Part shown: positions 61,901 through 64,000 of the stretch, one piece after another
How positions within the stretch are numbered: position 1 is the first letter of the stretch
Layout: each line of letters starts with the position of its first letter
Assembly (NCBI GenBank): GCA_963664305.2
Contig: CAXXLV010000001.1
Span: 936,458-1,000,457, forward strand
Length of the DNA stretch: 64,000 bases
Origin: an uncultured Aliarcobacter sp.
GTDB taxonomy: Bacteria > Campylobacterota > Campylobacteria > Campylobacterales > Arcobacteraceae
Direction: 5' to 3'
The notes under the pieces: model-generated
Seen by the model: the letters and a program-made list of their open reading frames with translations, nothing else
Database searches by the model: none
Told to the model about the DNA's origin: nothing
Translations under genes and position numbers: made by a program

Positions 61901-64000
61901 TCCTTCGATACTTACATATGCTGTTTGTGTATCTGGGTCTGTTGGTACTGTTTCATCTGTGATTGTTGTTGTTACTGATGATTTTGTAGAGTCTACTCTT
62001 ACATCTTCTAATCCACCATTTGTGATAGTATTAATTGTAACTGTAAAGTCCTCAGCACCCTCTGCTATGTTATCATCTATTGTTGCAATATTGAATGTTG
62101 CTGATGTTTCACCTTTTGGAATTACTACACTTGCTACTCCTGTGAAGTCTGTTCCATCAATTGCTTTACCACTATATGTAAATGTTACTGTTAAATCAGA
62201 TTCTGGAGCTTGAGTTACACTTACAGTGTATGGAGTTGTTGTATTACCTTCAACTACAGATGTTGGTCCTTCGATACTTACATATGCTGTTTGTGTATCT
62301 GGGTCTGTTGGTACTGTTTCATCTGTGATTGTTGTTGTTACTGATGATTTTGTAGAGTCTACTCTTACATCTTCTAATCCACCATTTGTGATAGTATTAA
62401 TTGTAACTGTAAAGTCCTCAGCACCCTCTGCTATGTTATCATCTATTGTTGCAATATTGAATGTTGCTGATGTTTCACCTTTTGGAATTACTACACTTGC
62501 TACTCCTGTGAAGTCTGTTCCATCAATTGCTTTACCACTATATGTAAATGTTACTGTTAAATCAGATTCTGGAGCTTGAGTTACACTTACAGTGTATGGA
62601 GTTGTTGTATTACCTTCAACTACAGATGTTGGTCCTTCGATACTTACATATGCTGTTTGTGTATCTGGGTCTGTTGGTACTGTTTCATCTGTGATTGTTG
62701 TTGTTACTGATGATTTTGTAGAGTCTACTCTTACATCTTCTAATCCACCATTTGTGATAGTATTAATTGTAACTGTAAAGTCCTCAGCACCCTCTGCTAT
62801 GTTATCATCTATTGTTGCAATATTGAATGTTGCTGATGTTTCACCTTTTGGAATTACTACACTTGCTACTCCTGTGAAGTCTGTTCCATCAATTGCTTTA
62901 CCACTATATGTAAATGTTACTGTTAAATCAGATTCTGGAGCTTGAGTTACACTTACAGTGTATGGAGTTGTTGTATTACCTTCAACTACAGATGTTGGTC
63001 CTTCGATACTTACATATGCTGTTTGTGTATCTGGGTCTGTTGGTACTGTTTCATCTGTGATTGTTGTTGTTACTGATGATTTTGTAGAGTCTACTCTTAC
63101 ATCTTCTAATCCACCATTTGTGATAGTATTAATTGTAACTGTAAAGTCCTCAGCACCCTCTGCTATGTTATCATCTATTGTTGCAATATTGAATGTTGCT
63201 GATGTTTCACCTTTTGGAATTACTACACTTGCTACTCCTGTGAAGTCTGTTCCATCAATTGCTTTACCACTATATGTAAATGTTACTGTTAAATCAGATT
63301 CTGGAGCTTGAGTTACACTTACAGTGTATGGAGTTGTTGTATTACCTTCAACTACAGATGTTGGTCCTTCGATACTTACATATGCTGTTTGTGTATCTGG
63401 GTCTGTTGGTACTGTTTCATCTGTGATTGTTGTTGTTACTGATGATTTTGTAGAGTCTACTCTTACATCTTCTAATCCACCATTTGTGATAGTATTAATT
63501 GTAACTGTAAAGTCCTCAGCACCCTCTGCTATGTTATCATCTATTGTTGCAATATTGAATGTTGCTGATGTTTCACCTTTTGGAATTACTACACTTGCTA
63601 CTCCTGTGAAGTCTGTTCCATCAATTGCTTTACCACTATATGTAAATGTTACTGTTAAATCAGATTCTGGAGCTTGAGTTACACTTACAGTGTATGGAGT
63701 TGTTGTATTACCTTCAACTACAGATGTTGGTCCTTCGATACTTACATATGCTGTTTGTGTATCTGGGTCTGTTGGTACTGTTTCATCTGTGATTGTTGTT
63801 GTTACTGATGATTTTGTAGAGTCTACTCTTACATCTTCTAATCCACCATTTGTGATAGTATTAATTGTAACTGTAAAGTCCTCAGCACCCTCTGCTATGT
63901 TATCATCTATTGTTGCAATATTGAATGTTGCTGATGTTTCACCTTTTGGAATTACTACACTTGCTACTCCTGTGAAGTCTGTTCCATCAATTGCTTTACC
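58499..64000 (-). CDS. Open minus-strand frame of adhesin repeats (start outside the window)
   Basis: From 64000 it reads GKAIDGTDF... through the repeats, crosses the junction as SVT-IALPLYVNVTVKSDSGA and stops at TGA 58501-58499. Confidence 0.55.
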   Translation of the reverse strand, partial: GKAIDGTDFTGVASVVIPKGETSATFNIATIDDNIAEGAEDFTVTINTITNGGLEDVRVDSTKSSVTTTITDETVPTDPDTQTAYVSIEGPTSVVEGNTTTPYTVSVTQAPESDLTVTFTYSGKAIDGTDFTGVASVVIPKGETSATFNIATIDDNIAEGAEDFTVTINTITNGGLEDVRVDSTKSSVTTTITDETVPTDPDTQTAYVSIEGPTSVVEGNTTTPYTVSVTQAPESDLTVTFTYSGKAIDGTDFTGVASVVIPKGETSATFNIATIDDNIAEGAEDFTVTINTITNGGLEDVRVDSTKSSVTTTITDETVPTDPDTQTAYVSIEGPTSVVEGNTTTPYTVSVTQAPESDLTVTFTYSGKAIDGTDFTGVASVVIPKGETSATFNIATIDDNIAEGAEDFTVTINTITNGGLEDVRVDSTKSSVTTTITDETVPTDPDTQTAYVSIEGPTSVVEGNTTTPYTVSVTQAPESDLTVTFTYSGKAIDGTDFTGVASVVIPKGETSATFNIATIDDNIAEGAEDFTVTINTITNGGLEDVRVDSTKSSVTTTITDETVPTDPDTQTAYVSIEGPTSVVEGNTTTPYTVSVTQAPESDLTVTFTYSGKAIDGTDFTGVASVVIPKGETSATFNIATIDDNIAEGAEDFTVTINTITNGGLEDVRVDSTKSSVTTTITDETVPTDPDTQTAYVSIEGPTSVVEGNTTTPYTVSVTQAPESDLTVTFTYSGKAIDGTDFTGVASVVIPKGETSATFNIATIDDNIAEGAEDFTVTINTITNGGLEDVRVDSTKSSVTTTITDETVPTDPDTQTAYVSIEGPTSVVEGNTTTPYTVSVTQAPESDLTVTFTYSGKAIDGTDFTGVASVVIPKGETSATFNIATIDDNIAEGAEDFTVTINTITNGGLEDVRVDSTKSSVTTTITDETVPTDPDTQTAYVSIEGPTSVVEGNTTTPYTVSVTQAPESDLTVTFTYSGKAIDGTDFTGVASVVIPKGETSATFNIATIDDNIAEGAEDFTVTINTITNGGLEDVRVDSTKSSVTTTITDETVPTDPDTQTAYVSIEGPTSVVEGNTTTPYTVSVTQAPESDLTVTFTYSGKAIDGTDFTGVASVVIPKGETSATFNIATIDDNIAEGAEDFTVTINTITNGGLEDVRVDSTKSSVTTTITDETVPTDPDTQTAYVSIEGPTSVVEGNTTTPYTVSVTQAPESDLTVTFTYSGKAIDGTDFTGVASVVIPKGETSATFNIATIDDNIAEGAEDFTVTINTITNGGLEDVRVDSTKSSVTTTITDETVPTDPDTQTAYVSIEGPTSVVEGNTTTPYTVSVTQAPESDLTVTFTYSGKAIDGTDFTGVASVVIPKGETSATFNIATIDDNIAEGAEDFTVTINTITNGGLEDVRVDSTKSSVTTTITDETVPTDPDTQTAYVSIEGPTSVVEGNTTTPYTVSVTQAPESDLTVTFTYSGKAIDGTDFTGVASVVIPKGETSATFNIATIDDNIAEGAEDFTVTINTITNGGLEDVRVDSTKSSVTTTITDETVPTDPDTQTAYVSIEGPTSVVEGNTTTPYTVSVTQAPESDLTVTFTYSGKAIDGTDFTGVASVVIPKGETSATFNIATIDDNIAEGAEDFTVTINTITNGGLEDVRVDSTKSSVTTTITDETVPTDPDTQTAYVSIEGPTSVVEGNTTTPYTVSVTQAPESDLTVTFTYSGKAIDGTDFTGVASVVIPKGETSATFNIATIDDNIAEGAEDFTVTINTITNGGLEDVRVDSTKSSVTTTITDETVPTDPDTQTAYVSIEGPTSVVEGNTTTPYTVSVTIALPLYVNVTVKSDSGA
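58554..64000 (-). repeat. Same 366-bp unit in inverted orientation, at least 14.8 copies, runs off the window
   Basis: Reverse complement of the forward unit; the antisense 117-aa ORFs switch strand here. Confidence 0.97.

Noticed and set aside
53375..63677. The many identical 117-aa ORFs (MYGVVVLP...)
   Set aside because: They are antisense shadows of the adhesin repeat, with one stop per unit and no RBS or independent evidence.
53245..63807. Exact fold-back of the whole molecule
   Set aside because: Past mirror position 63807 the repeat continues instead of the reverse complement of the unique 5' adhesin sequence. An artefact with unequal copy number is still possible.
53245..64000. CRISPR array or transposon terminal inverted repeats
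   Set aside because: Units are contiguous, 366 bp and protein-coding, with no spacers, cas genes or transposase.

Overview
Low-GC chromosomal segment whose gene content and order suggest Campylobacterota, probably Arcobacteraceae (inferred, not searched). From left to right: (1) a minus-strand phosphate cluster (pstS, an EAL/CBS-like/GGDEF gene, pstCAB, phoU, PsiE-like, phoB-like regulator, partial phoR-like kinase) with a shared 11-bp-period repeat in two promoters; (2) housekeeping genes prfA, rpsT, glmM, lspA, leuC, mobA; (3) a Tat-exported SQR-like flavoprotein with a triple-rhodanese protein; (4) thrS-infC-rpmI-rplT; (5) a DUF3373-like outer-membrane protein with a small cytochrome-like partner, NFACT and a TraT-like lipoprotein; (6) the cdsA-dxr...tsaD-nnr-cutA-thiG run; (7) seven tRNAs, including a duplicated Arg-Gly pair; (8) oadGAB; (9) a lone PLD-helicase resembling SauUSI-type type IV restriction enzymes; (10) a two-component pair divergent from a Lap-like type I secretion system and giant adhesin. 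The adhesin is built from apparently identical 366-bp repeats that flip orientation at 58554. This gives a giant inverted repeat (arms over 5.2 kb, 55-nt spacer) and an unlisted minus-strand ORF of at least 1833 codons. That structure may be a real rearrangement or an assembly artefact; the sequence alone cannot decide. All family assignments come from motif recognition, not database searches.
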